A DNA stretch of 64,000 nt from the NCBI GenBank assembly GCA_044229265.1, contig JBGATK010000005.1, positions 14,963 through 78,962 of the forward strand, given 5' to 3'. Source of the stretch: Minisyncoccia bacterium. GTDB lineage: Bacteria; Patescibacteriota; Minisyncoccia; Phycocordibacterales; UBA9973. Position 1 is the stretch's first letter; every line of letters begins with the position of its first letter. The notes under the pieces are model-generated. The model made no database searches. It saw only the letters and a program-made list of their open reading frames with translations, and was not told the origin of the DNA. Positions 9,304 through 18,902 of the stretch are shown in pieces. The position numbers were made by a program, and so were the translations under genes.

Positions 9304-10290
9304 TTATTCCTTCAAATTAAGACCGAAAGCAGTCAATGCTTTTTTAATTTCTGAAATACCTTTTTCACCTATGCCTTCGATCTCAAGCAAATCTTCACGC
9401 TTCTTACGAGCAAGTCCACCAAGTGTGCGGATATTTGCGCCTGTAAGTGCGTTCAGTGTGCGAGTCGAAAGATCCATAGTATCAATACGGGTTTTTAAAA
9501 CATCAGAAAGTTCGTCTTTTTTATCTTCGGATTCATCTCTCTCTCCTCCTTCTTCTTTATTATTTGATTTTTTTTCTATTTTTATTTCTTCTTCCTCTTC
9601 TTCTTTAAAATCAACAACTGCTTTTAATTGCATAATCATTATTTTTACAGATTCAGATAATGCTTCACGAGGAGAAATAGTGCCGTCAGTCTCGATAGTA
9701 ATACGAAGACGGTTGTGGTTTGTCTTATCACCTACACGCATATTTTCTACTTCATAAGAAACACGGCGTATAGGTGTGAAAATAGCATCGACAGCTATAG
9801 TGCCGATATCTACTTTTTCTTTTTGCATTATTTCTTTTGGAATAAAGCCTAAACCTTTTTCAATGCGAAGTTCTATATCTAAGGAAACTTTACCTGTAAC
9901 TGTAGCTATATAAGAATCTGGATTTAAAATTTCAACTTGACCAGAAGCTTTGATGTCTTTTGCGTATATTTCTTTTGGTCCTTTTATAGATAGAGTTATA
10001 TTTTGTGGTTCATCAGAGAGAAGTTTGAAACGAACCTTTTTTAGATTTAAAATCATAACTATTACATCTTCTTTGACACCTTCGATTGTCTCAAATTCAT
10101 GTGAGACGCCAGAAATTTTTACAGAAACAATACTAGCTCCTTCTAAAGAAGAAAGTATAATACGACGCAAACTATTACCCAAAGTATGACCATACCCTGG
10201 ATATAGACCATCGATCTCGAATACTCCTTTGTTCCCTTCTTCGGAAACAACTTTAGGCTTTGAGGGCAAAATTATTTTATTTAGAGACAT
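9304..10290 (-). CDS. rpoA: DNA-directed RNA polymerase alpha subunit
   Basis: RpoA N-terminal and C-terminal domains are present, with an acidic Glu/Lys-rich insertion in the interdomain linker. Sits in the conserved rpsD-rpoA-rplQ order. Confidence 0.95.
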   Translation of the reverse strand: MSLNKIILPSKPKVVSEEGNKGVFEIDGLYPGYGHTLGNSLRRIILSSLEGASIVSVKISGVSHEFETIEGVKEDVIVMILNLKKVRFKLLSDEPQNITLSIKGPKEIYAKDIKASGQVEILNPDSYIATVTGKVSLDIELRIEKGLGFIPKEIMQKEKVDIGTIAVDAIFTPIRRVSYEVENMRVGDKTNHNRLRITIETDGTISPREALSESVKIMIMQLKAVVDFKEEEEEEIKIEKKSNNKEEGGERDESEDKKDELSDVLKTRIDTMDLSTRTLNALTGANIRTLGGLARKKREDLLEIEGIGEKGISEIKKALTAFGLNLKE

Positions 10291-10345
10291 ATGTTATAAA
10301 AATTCTTAATTTATAAAACTTATAATAAAAAACAAAATAAATAAA

Positions 10346-10939
10346 TTAACGACTATAAAACTCAAGCACTGCGTTAAAATCTATAAAAGTTTCTGCATTT
10401 TTCGGCTTTGCCAAAACTTTACCTTCCATCTGATCGATATTAAAAGAAAGCCAAGTAGGTACGGTATAATCTTTCATTTTTTCAGCGAGGTTAGAAAAAA
10501 TCTTTTTTCCTTTTGAGCCTTCGCGAACTACGAATACATCCCCTTGCTTGGTTTTATATGAAGGCACTGTAGTGCGCTTACCATTTATAACAAAGTGTCC
10601 GTGGGAAACCATTTGTCTTGCTCCACGTCTTGAAGGAGCGAGCCCCATGCGATACACTACATTGTCTAGTCTGGATTCTAATTCTTCAAAAAACTTTTCG
10701 ACAGTACCTGCGCCTTTTAATTTTGAGGCTTCTTTCACATAATTAGACAATTGTTTTTCTGTGATACCGTAAGAAAAACGAACTTTTTGTTTTTCCAAAA
10801 ATTGTGTACCGTATTCAGACAAAGCCTTTGGCCTTTTTGTGCCAATGCCTTTTGCCATATTAAACTTTGGAGTTTGAGTTTTATCAAATACTCCTGCGCC
10901 TAATCGTCTTGCAATTTTGAATTTTGGTTTGTTTATCAT
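10346..10939 (-). CDS. rpsD: 30S ribosomal protein S4
   Basis: S4 N-terminus (MINKPKFKIARRLG) and S4 RNA-binding domain. Confidence 0.95.
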   Translation of the reverse strand: MINKPKFKIARRLGAGVFDKTQTPKFNMAKGIGTKRPKALSEYGTQFLEKQKVRFSYGITEKQLSNYVKEASKLKGAGTVEKFFEELESRLDNVVYRMGLAPSRRGARQMVSHGHFVINGKRTTVPSYKTKQGDVFVVREGSKGKKIFSNLAEKMKDYTVPTWLSFNIDQMEGKVLAKPKNAETFIDFNAVLEFYSR

Positions 10940-10969
10940 TTGTCTAATTTTACTTTGTAATGTTTATAA

Positions 10970-11407
10970 CTATACTCTACGTGGTTTTTTTGCTTTTGGA
11001 CCATTGTGCGGAACTGGTGTTTTATCTTTAATAGAAGTGATTTCGATACCATGAGCCATGAATGCCCTCACTGCTGGTTCGCGACCACTACCTACACCCT
11101 TTATAACAATATCCGCTTCTTTTACTCCGATACCCAAAGCTTTTGCGCCCACAATATCACCAACTTTACTAGCTGCAAATGGTGTGCCTTTCTTTGCGCC
11201 TTTAAAACCTAGAGCTCCTGAAGAAGACGAAAAAAGTGCATTACCACCCTTATCTGTAAACACTACTTTGGTATTATTAAATGTAGCTTCTACAGACAAA
11301 ATACCAGCAGAAATTTTCTTTTTAGAAGTCTTTATTGCAGCAGACTTTTCTTCACCTTCTGTTTTTTTCTCTACTTTTTCTTCAGTTGTTGCTTTAGCTT
11401 TTGGCAT
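10970..11407 (-). CDS. rpsK: 30S ribosomal protein S11
   Basis: S11 core (VHNGPKAKKPRRV C-terminus) with a lysine-rich N-terminal extension. Confidence 0.9.
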   Translation of the reverse strand: MPKAKATTEEKVEKKTEGEEKSAAIKTSKKKISAGILSVEATFNNTKVVFTDKGGNALFSSSSGALGFKGAKKGTPFAASKVGDIVGAKALGIGVKEADIVIKGVGSGREPAVRAFMAHGIEITSIKDKTPVPHNGPKAKKPRRV

Positions 11408-11465
11408 GTTTTTAAATAAATTTTCGTTTTTTCATTAATAAATAAATAATTGTGAATATTTTTCT

Positions 11466-11846
11466 TTATGTCTTACTTTCTTTTCGGCGACCAGATGCCA
11501 TAGTCTTACGGACATTTCCACGGACAGTTCTGGAATTTGTCTTAGTGCGTTGACCATTTACAGGTAGACGCTTCATGTGCCTCACACCTTTATAACTTTT
11601 TATATCTTTAATTCTTTTTATATTTGCAGAAATTTCACGTTTTAAATTTCCTTCTATGGTTTTGCCTTCGATAATAGCACGAATTTTATTTTCTTCAGCT
11701 TCAGTCAAATCTCCAGCTTTTTTACTGTGAGCAATGCCGACTTGATCTAAAATCTTCTTTGCACTCGAGCGACCAATGCCGAAAAGCACGGTCAAGCCTA
11801 TTTCTAATCTTTTTTCATTTGGAACAGTTATACCGAGGATTCTCAT
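11466..11846 (-). CDS. rpsM: 30S ribosomal protein S13 (start adjusted to MRILGI)
   Basis: MRILGITVPNEKRLEIGLT is the S13 N-terminus. The ORF-track start at 11888 would overlap rpmJ. Confidence 0.9.
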   Translation of the reverse strand: MRILGITVPNEKRLEIGLTVLFGIGRSSAKKILDQVGIAHSKKAGDLTEAEENKIRAIIEGKTIEGNLKREISANIKRIKDIKSYKGVRHMKRLPVNGQRTKTNSRTVRGNVRKTMASGRRKESKT

Positions 11847-11847
11847 T

Positions 11848-11958
11848 TTATTGTTTTTGTTTATGCTTAGGATTAACACAAATAACACGCAAATGTCTTT
11901 GACGCTTTACTAACTTACATTTTGCACATATTTTTTTTACCGACGCTTTGATTTTCAT
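11848..11958 (-). CDS. rpmJ: 50S ribosomal protein L36
   Basis: Hand translation gives [36 protein letters not shown] with the C..C..C..H zinc ribbon. It falls below the ORF-track length cutoff and sits between infA and rpsM as in canonical operons. Confidence 0.85.
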   Translation of the reverse strand: MKIKASVKKICAKCKLVKRQRHLRVICVNPKHKQKQ

Positions 11959-12056
11959 GTTTTAATAAAATTTTAATTAACTTTTTTATATTGAACAGTT
12001 ATCCACAATTTAAAAAACATAAATTACAGATATCTTTTCCATATAACACAATAAAA

Positions 12057-12074
12057 ATAAGGAAAAACCCTTAT
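12057..12074 (-). terminator. Hairpin between infA and rpmJ (putative terminator)
   Basis: ATAAGG-AAAAAC-CCTTAT hairpin with flanking A/T runs in the 180-bp infA-rpmJ spacer. Confidence 0.35.
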
Positions 12075-12136
12075 TTTTCAATACTTTATAACCTTTTAAC
12101 TAACGTAATTACTATGATACACTATTTTCAAAAAAA

Positions 12137-12373
12137 TTACAACCTTTTGATAATACGCCCCTTGCCTCCGTATTCATCTAGGAAAATTTCAACATTATCT
12201 CCTACTAAAACTTTGATTCTATTCATACGCATTTTACCAGCAAGATAAGCTAAAATTTCTTTTTCTCCACCTGTTTCTTTATCGGCAATCATTACTCGAA
12301 AAAGTGTAGACGGCAATGCTTCGGAGACTACTCCTCGCGCAGTTAAATTTTTTTCATTTCTTGAATCACTCAT
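12137..12373 (-). CDS. infA: Translation initiation factor IF-1
   Basis: 78-aa S1-like OB-fold protein (GVVSEALPSTLFRV...KMRMNRIKVLVGD). Confidence 0.9.
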   Translation of the reverse strand: MSDSRNEKNLTARGVVSEALPSTLFRVMIADKETGGEKEILAYLAGKMRMNRIKVLVGDNVEIFLDEYGGKGRIIKRL

Positions 12374-12420
12374 TTGTATACCTTAATTCTACACAGAATA
12401 ATTAGTTTAGTCAAATTATT

Positions 12421-13746
12421 TTAATGAGGATAATTTATTTCTATTGAAATAGCTTTTAAATTACTTGGAAATTTTTGAAGCCAGAAAGGTTTTAAAGATA
12501 ATTCTGCAGATTTTATACTAGGGAAATTAGGTAATATTTCAGATAATATGTTTTTTTGTTTACCTAGAAGTTCGTTTTTTAATTTTTCTTCATCTACTTT
12601 AAAAACTACAACTATGTTTCCAGTAAGTCCAAAATCCAAATCTTTTATTTCATTAAGAGGAATATCCGAATTTTTAAACTCAAATTTTAAATCACGTATT
12701 TGTGGAATAAAAATAGGAGCATCGGTATATTGATCGATTTGTTTTTGAGCAATCTTTTTAGCTAATTCAGACTCTTTTATCAGAATACCGTAAAATGTCG
12801 CCTTCATAAATGCCTTGGCTTCCCCACCTGATACTATGGGTCCTATATTTTCTTCGTTTATCGTAAAACTAATAGCATCCTTATATAGGATAACATCAGC
12901 TGGTATTTGACTCTCAGCTTTTTCAAGTAGTTTTTTCTTTAACTTATTTTTTAATTCACCAAAAACTGCTAATTTCTCTAACTCTCCGAGCTCAATACGA
13001 GTGCCTACAAAACCACCGGTAATTTCACCTTTTGATTTTACAAAAAACTTTTCATATTTTGATGTTCCTTTAAAACCCAAAATTTGCAAATCAAGCGGGC
13101 CACTATTGTAATCGACTCCTGCTTTTTCTGCCCAAATACCTACTTCGACAGAACCTGGAGTTCCATCTTTTTTAAGTCCTGGAACTAAAACTTTTTTATC
13201 AGTTTTATATATTTTTCCATTTGTAGCTATTAATCTTGTATCAACATTTAAATTTTGAGGGGCGGAACTATAAGAATTATAAATTATGACTTTTCCATAA
13301 GCTTTTTCTTCAACATTTTTTTCTGTACCTCCTGAAACAGGGATACTTTCTTCGTCAGATAAAGAAACTGTGTCAAAAGATAAATTTTCAATTGTTGTGG
13401 AATTTTTAACTGCAGAAAAAGATTCATTGAGAGCGATGGCCTTTGCTTCTGGTTCTACTTTTACAATAGCTTTGCTAAAGAAAAAAGAAACTGAGAAGAA
13501 AAGTCCTACTATGGCTATTACTGCGACTATCCAAAAAGCATATTTATTACCACTTCCTTTTTGTCTTTCTATCGGTATTTCTACAGAAACATCTATTTTG
13601 GAAGGTTTCCTTTTTGGTATCTTATAATTAATTTCTTTTTCCGCGATAACAGGTAATTTACTCAAGGTATTTTTTGAGTTTGATTTTGTGTTTGCATCTT
13701 GTTTAACGCGAACCATGTCTTGAAATAAATTTTTATTTTTTGCCAT
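12421..13746 (-). CDS. Bitopic membrane protein with large extracytoplasmic domain, unknown function
   Basis: Basic N-terminus, a single TM helix (FWIVAVIAIVGLFFSVSFFF) and a ~350-aa extracellular domain. Confidence 0.4.
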   Translation of the reverse strand: MAKNKNLFQDMVRVKQDANTKSNSKNTLSKLPVIAEKEINYKIPKRKPSKIDVSVEIPIERQKGSGNKYAFWIVAVIAIVGLFFSVSFFFSKAIVKVEPEAKAIALNESFSAVKNSTTIENLSFDTVSLSDEESIPVSGGTEKNVEEKAYGKVIIYNSYSSAPQNLNVDTRLIATNGKIYKTDKKVLVPGLKKDGTPGSVEVGIWAEKAGVDYNSGPLDLQILGFKGTSKYEKFFVKSKGEITGGFVGTRIELGELEKLAVFGELKNKLKKKLLEKAESQIPADVILYKDAISFTINEENIGPIVSGGEAKAFMKATFYGILIKESELAKKIAQKQIDQYTDAPIFIPQIRDLKFEFKNSDIPLNEIKDLDFGLTGNIVVVFKVDEEKLKNELLGKQKNILSEILPNFPSIKSAELSLKPFWLQKFPSNLKAISIEINYPH

Positions 13747-13758
13747 ATTATCTATATT

Positions 13759-14946
13759 TTATTTTAAAAATCGATTAATGTAAATGGAATCAATTATGAT
13801 AAAAGGATCTTTTTTAGTTTCTTCGGGAACTTCAGCGATACCACCGAGTGCACTGGAATTCAAAAAAATCAATCTAAATTTTGATTCGGTTAAAGTATAT
13901 TGATTAAATTGTTCCGTGCGAATAGTTTCTGAAAAGAATTTTGCTAAACTAGGGTCAACAGTTATAAATACTGTAGCTGGTATTGAAATATCGGACGAAA
14001 GTGAAGAAAGAGTGGATTGAAATTTAGCGAGCCATTCCCCGCGCAATTTTTTAAGACTATCTTGAAAAACAACTTCATTCTTTTGTAGCATATTACCAGA
14101 TTCATATAACATTACAGATGAATATGCATCTTCGATGGAACACGTAAGAGATTTAGAAATACCTCGAGTTATAAAATGAGAACCCATTGGAAAAGTTGCT
14201 GCTTCTTTTAATACATCTTCTTTGACTATAGCTATATCAGTAACTTCGCCACCGATATTTATAAGTAAAAAGCTATTGTTATTTATAAACATATCCCGTG
14301 CGAGAGAAAACGAAGCCACGAGGAATGAAGAGAATTTAATTTCAAGGTGTGGAAAATGTCGCCAAATAGCCTCTTCTATTTCAGCTAGCACAGATTCTTC
14401 GCTCATCGAAACGAAAATAGTCATTTTTAAATTTGTAGCTTTTTGATTTATAGGATTTGAAGTCGTATAACCATTTAGCATGGTTTTCATATTGCGTAAT
14501 TCTATTGCTCTTACAGTATTTGGACCTTCACTACCTATGCCATGTTCTTCTTCGAAAATTTTTATTTCTGATGCGATGAGACTATCTGCGAGTTTTTGAG
14601 TAAAAATAAAAGATGCATTTTTTTCATAATTAATTACACGTGTTTGTGATGCATACCAAGGACTAGCGAGTACGCAAAAGATTCTTTTGGGTGCGCCTAA
14701 ATTGCTATCGCACATTTTTTTAACAACTTTATGAAGTGTGTGCATAGCGTATACACGAAAACGATCTACATTTAGAACTTCTTCTAATCGAATTGGTTCA
14801 CGAATCGATTTTATTACTTTTGGTGCAAGAGAAGGAGAAAGCTCAACAAAAGCCCCGCCGATAGACGAAGAGCCAATATCGAAAATTAAAACAAGTTCTT
14901 TTTTTTCTTTCTTTCTAAAAAAACTCATATGGAAATTATAACACAA
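13759..14946 (-). CDS. Actin-like ATPase fold protein (PilM/FtsA-like)
   Basis: Contains LIFDIGSSSIGGAFVEL (phosphate-1) and LINIGGEVTDIAIV (phosphate-2/adenosine) motifs of the ASKHA superfamily. The canonical ftsA lies elsewhere in the window. Confidence 0.45.
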   Translation of the reverse strand: MCYNFHMSFFRKKEKKELVLIFDIGSSSIGGAFVELSPSLAPKVIKSIREPIRLEEVLNVDRFRVYAMHTLHKVVKKMCDSNLGAPKRIFCVLASPWYASQTRVINYEKNASFIFTQKLADSLIASEIKIFEEEHGIGSEGPNTVRAIELRNMKTMLNGYTTSNPINQKATNLKMTIFVSMSEESVLAEIEEAIWRHFPHLEIKFSSFLVASFSLARDMFINNNSFLLINIGGEVTDIAIVKEDVLKEAATFPMGSHFITRGISKSLTCSIEDAYSSVMLYESGNMLQKNEVVFQDSLKKLRGEWLAKFQSTLSSLSSDISIPATVFITVDPSLAKFFSETIRTEQFNQYTLTESKFRLIFLNSSALGGIAEVPEETKKDPFIIIDSIYINRFLK

Positions 14947-14951
14947 AGATT

Positions 14952-16709
14952 TTATTCGAGCACAGCTTTAATACGGCGGATGCCTGAAGCCACAGCTTCT
15001 TCTTTTTGGATTTTGAAATGAGTGAGTTCACTAGTGTTTGATACATGCGGTCCACCACAGAATTCTTTGGAAATAGGGTTGCCATTCTCGTCTTCTATAA
15101 AATACACAGACACAGTCTCTGGATATTTTGCACCGAATTCCATCTCGGCACCGAGCTTTTCTGCATCTACGAAAGGCATTTCGCGCCTGACTACATTTAG
15201 TTTTTGATTTATCTTTTCATTTACCCAATCTTCTACTTTCTTTTTTTCTTCATCTGTAAGTTTGTGGTCGCACAAAAAGTCTATTCTTAATCTTTCTTCA
15301 GTTATGTTACTTCCCCTCTGTTTTATACTTTTATCTACAATATTTTGTAATCCAGCAAGGAGTAAATGATGCGCAGTGTGAAGACGAACAGTCTTTTCAT
15401 TATGATTTGCAAGGCCACCTTTGAACATGCCGGCACTAGCTGTCTGCGAGAGCTTTTGGTGTTCTGCCATTTTGTTATTAAAATCTTGCATATCTACCTC
15501 TATACCCTTTTCTTTAGCAAGCTCTTGTGTGAGCTCTATCGGGAAGCCATAAGTAGTAGCTAAAATAAATGGGTCTATGCCTTTTTCGAATTCTTTTATG
15601 CCTTGAGCTAATGTTTTTGTAAACTTAATTTCTTCTTCTTCAATAATCTTTCGTGTTTTTTCAATATTTTTTTCAACTTCAGGATAAGTATCTTTATATG
15701 TTTTAACAATTTCATTTATAACTCCATACAAATTTGAATGACCAGCAATTTCTCCTTTACCATTTGCTCTGTATATAGCTCTCCTCAATAATCTACGCAA
15801 TACATATCCTTGCCCTGTATTCCCTGGAATAACTCCGTCAGATATTAAAAATACAGATGTTCTCATATGATCAGCAATTATTCTTTTTGATTTTTCATTT
15901 AAATGTGAACCAGTAAACAAAACAGATGAAAAAATATCTTCAAACAAATCCGTATCATACGCGGTTTTTTTACCTTGCATTACTGCGGTCATGCGCTCGA
16001 GACCAGCGCCTGTATCTACATTTTTTTGTTTTAATTTACCTATGACTTTGCCGTCCTTTTTTTCGTATTCCATAAAGACATCATTCCATATCTCTATGAT
16101 AGTTTCTTTTTTAGTTTCTTCTATGAATTTTTCTTTATTTATTTCTTGACCGACAAATTGCCCATCCATATCATAAAACATTTCACTGCAAGGTCCGCAT
16201 GGCCCATTGTCCCCCGGACTCCACCAGTTGTCATCAGCCGGCAATGCATAAATCCTATTTTCAGGTATTCCCAAACTCATCCAGATCTTTTTTGATTCCT
16301 CGTCTAGCTCTGCATTTTCATCTCCTTCAAAGACAGTAAAATAAAGTCTGGCAGGATCAAGACCCAATCCTTCTTCTTTACTAGTTAGGAATTCATAACT
16401 CCATTTTATGGCTTCATCTTTAAAATAATCTCCGAGTGACCAATTGCCAAGCATTTCAAAAAATGAAAAATGCCTATTGTCCCCTATGTCATCCAAGTCG
16501 CCAGTGCGGACGCATTTCTGCACATTTGCAATACGTTTGCCCATTGGGTGAGTTTGACCTAGGAGGTAAGGCACGAGGGGTTGCATGCCTGCTGTATTGA
16601 ATAAAACTGAGGGGTCATTCTCAGGCACAAGTGAAGCCGAAGGGATGATGGCATGTCCCCTTTTTTCAAAAAATTTTAAAAATCTATTTCTTATCTCGCT
16701 TGACTGCAT
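14952..16709 (-). CDS. alaS: Alanyl-tRNA synthetase (short form lacking C-terminal domain)
   Basis: AlaRS N-terminus FLKFFEKRGHAIIPSASLVPENDPSVLFNTAGMQP and editing HxxxH (HTAHHLL). 585 aa. Confidence 0.85.
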   Translation of the reverse strand: MQSSEIRNRFLKFFEKRGHAIIPSASLVPENDPSVLFNTAGMQPLVPYLLGQTHPMGKRIANVQKCVRTGDLDDIGDNRHFSFFEMLGNWSLGDYFKDEAIKWSYEFLTSKEEGLGLDPARLYFTVFEGDENAELDEESKKIWMSLGIPENRIYALPADDNWWSPGDNGPCGPCSEMFYDMDGQFVGQEINKEKFIEETKKETIIEIWNDVFMEYEKKDGKVIGKLKQKNVDTGAGLERMTAVMQGKKTAYDTDLFEDIFSSVLFTGSHLNEKSKRIIADHMRTSVFLISDGVIPGNTGQGYVLRRLLRRAIYRANGKGEIAGHSNLYGVINEIVKTYKDTYPEVEKNIEKTRKIIEEEEIKFTKTLAQGIKEFEKGIDPFILATTYGFPIELTQELAKEKGIEVDMQDFNNKMAEHQKLSQTASAGMFKGGLANHNEKTVRLHTAHHLLLAGLQNIVDKSIKQRGSNITEERLRIDFLCDHKLTDEEKKKVEDWVNEKINQKLNVVRREMPFVDAEKLGAEMEFGAKYPETVSVYFIEDENGNPISKEFCGGPHVSNTSELTHFKIQKEEAVASGIRRIKAVLE

Positions 16710-16714
16710 AAAAT

Positions 16715-17188
16715 TTAATCAAATTTATCTGTATATCTACGAATAGGTTTTTCTAATATTGCCATGATGGTAAAAATGGAAAGTACGAAAAATGTCGCAA
16801 TGCCGGCAAGAGAAAAGAAACCAAAACCAGAAGCCATACCGATACCAGCAGTAACCCAAAGGCCGCTAGAAGTAGTGAGGCCCTTTACTCTGTCGCCCTG
16901 AAGCATTATAGAACCAGCTCCTAAAAAGCCAATACCTACTATTACTTGCGAAGCAATACGTGAAGCATCAAAACCTGCTACACCACCGTATTTTATAGCT
17001 AAAATTTCAGAAATAATAATAAATAAAGAAGCACCCATAGATACCAATGCATGAGTTTTCATACCTGCTTCTTTGTGCATAAATAAGCGCTCGAGCCCAA
17101 TAATAGTTCCCAATATCAAAGCTACTCCTAATCTAATAAAAATATCACTATTTTGTGAAAAAAATTCTGTCATGTTGATATTATACAC
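16715..17188 (-). CDS. MgtC/SapB family membrane protein
   Basis: RLGVALILGTIIGLERLFMHKEAGMKTHALVSMGASL matches the MgtC N-terminal domain. Confidence 0.7.
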   Translation of the reverse strand: MYNINMTEFFSQNSDIFIRLGVALILGTIIGLERLFMHKEAGMKTHALVSMGASLFIIISEILAIKYGGVAGFDASRIASQVIVGIGFLGAGSIMLQGDRVKGLTTSSGLWVTAGIGMASGFGFFSLAGIATFFVLSIFTIMAILEKPIRRYTDKFD

Positions 17189-17209
17189 TAATAAATTAAA
17201 AAATAAAAT

Positions 17210-18895
17210 TTAACTTTGGTGAGGCATGCCGTGGTCTTCACGAGCAATATGATCACGAATATAATCTATAGAACCAGCAACTTTTTTACCAGGATTAAAA
17301 ATATTTTTTGAGTCAAAAATATTTTTAGTTTGAGAAAAAAGTTCTAAAATTTTTGGACTGAAAATTTTATATAAATATGGTGTTCTGATAATACCGTCAT
17401 TGTGTTCAGCAGTAGTCGAACCATGATATTTCGCAACTAAATCATAAACTTTTTCTCCAAGCTCAAGAATTATTTTTGATGTATCTTCCCGTGAAAAATC
17501 CATAAGGGGAATAATATGGAAATTACCATCACCTGCATGTCCAGCTATGGTGAAAGTAATATCGTATTGTTCTAAAATTATATCAATTTCTGGTAAGAAT
17601 TTTGGCAAAAATTCTGGACGAACTATTATGTCATCGATGAATGGTGCGGTATGTTTATCTTTGACATGCTGGCGAAGTAGAGCAAAACTCTGACGACGAA
17701 TATCCCAATACTTACCTGCTTCAGCTTCGCTTTTAGTTATGTGTGTTTTTAAACGGAAATGACGAATTTTTTCTTTTAATTTTTTACATTCTAAATCTAC
17801 ATCTTTTTCATTTTGCCCAGCAAATTCAACAAGTAAAATAAGTTTTGGAAAGCCACTAGAAACCATCATCCAAAATTCTGGCAAAAAGCTCCACATGAAT
17901 TTTACCATTCCAATCAATCCTTTATTTTTCAAAAAATCTGGGAAAAAATTCACAGCGAGCTTCATGGTCTTGTCGTCATAAGTCTCCAGTGTCTCAGGCT
18001 TCATTTCTAAAATTTCATCTACAAGTCTACCAAGTGGACCCAAATCTTTCATAAAAACTACAACTAATTTTGAATGTTTGTGCTCAGGCACTAAACGAAA
18101 AGTTATCTCTGTAGTAATTCCAAGTGTGCCTTGCGAACCGACTAATAATTTATTTAAATCAAAAATATTTTCTTTATTTACATTCCATAAATAATATCCA
18201 GCGGAATTTTTGCTAACTTTTGGTTTAGCTTTGGCGAGCTCATTTTCGTTTGCTTTTACTAAATTAAAAATATTTTTATAAACCTGGCCTTCAAAATCAT
18301 TTTGGGCAATTTTCTTTTGTAATTCTTCTTCGTTCAATGGCTTTACTACATATTCATTGCCATCAGCAAAAATTACTTTGGCTTCCATAACATAATCTTC
18401 CGTTTTTCCATATTTAAGTGTGCGTTCACCTGCAGAATTATTGCCATACATACCACCCATAGCATTTAAACTTTTCGAAGCAGTATAACAAGGCAAGATT
18501 AAATCCCTCTCGAGGGTTAATTTTTCAAAATCGCGGTAAAACATCCCAGGCTGTACAGTTATCCTATCCTCATGAAAAGAAATCATTTTATTCATATGGC
18601 GAGTAAAATCCATAATTATACTCTCGCCTATCGCTCCACCACTCATATCTGTACCCGCACAACGAGCCGTAATAGAAATATTCCCATATTTTTGTGCGAG
18701 GTCTTGCCTCGCACAATTTTCACTTACCCACTGTACTAATTTTTTAACATCATTTGCATCCACAGGAAAAACTACCAATTTTGGCATAACTTCAAAAACA
18801 CTCGCATCGCGCGAATATTTTTTTAATACCTCTGGAGAATCCTCCACCTCTCCATTAAAAAATTTTTGTATTTCTTCTTTCAGTGAAATTTCCAT
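17210..18895 (-). CDS. FAD-linked oxidase (GlcD/D-lactate dehydrogenase-like)
   Basis: PCMH-type FAD-binding domain plus a C-terminal FAD-oxidase domain. 561 aa. Confidence 0.7.
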   Translation of the reverse strand: MEISLKEEIQKFFNGEVEDSPEVLKKYSRDASVFEVMPKLVVFPVDANDVKKLVQWVSENCARQDLAQKYGNISITARCAGTDMSGGAIGESIIMDFTRHMNKMISFHEDRITVQPGMFYRDFEKLTLERDLILPCYTASKSLNAMGGMYGNNSAGERTLKYGKTEDYVMEAKVIFADGNEYVVKPLNEEELQKKIAQNDFEGQVYKNIFNLVKANENELAKAKPKVSKNSAGYYLWNVNKENIFDLNKLLVGSQGTLGITTEITFRLVPEHKHSKLVVVFMKDLGPLGRLVDEILEMKPETLETYDDKTMKLAVNFFPDFLKNKGLIGMVKFMWSFLPEFWMMVSSGFPKLILLVEFAGQNEKDVDLECKKLKEKIRHFRLKTHITKSEAEAGKYWDIRRQSFALLRQHVKDKHTAPFIDDIIVRPEFLPKFLPEIDIILEQYDITFTIAGHAGDGNFHIIPLMDFSREDTSKIILELGEKVYDLVAKYHGSTTAEHNDGIIRTPYLYKIFSPKILELFSQTKNIFDSKNIFNPGKKVAGSIDYIRDHIAREDHGMPHQS

Positions 18896-18902
18896 AAAAA
18901 AA

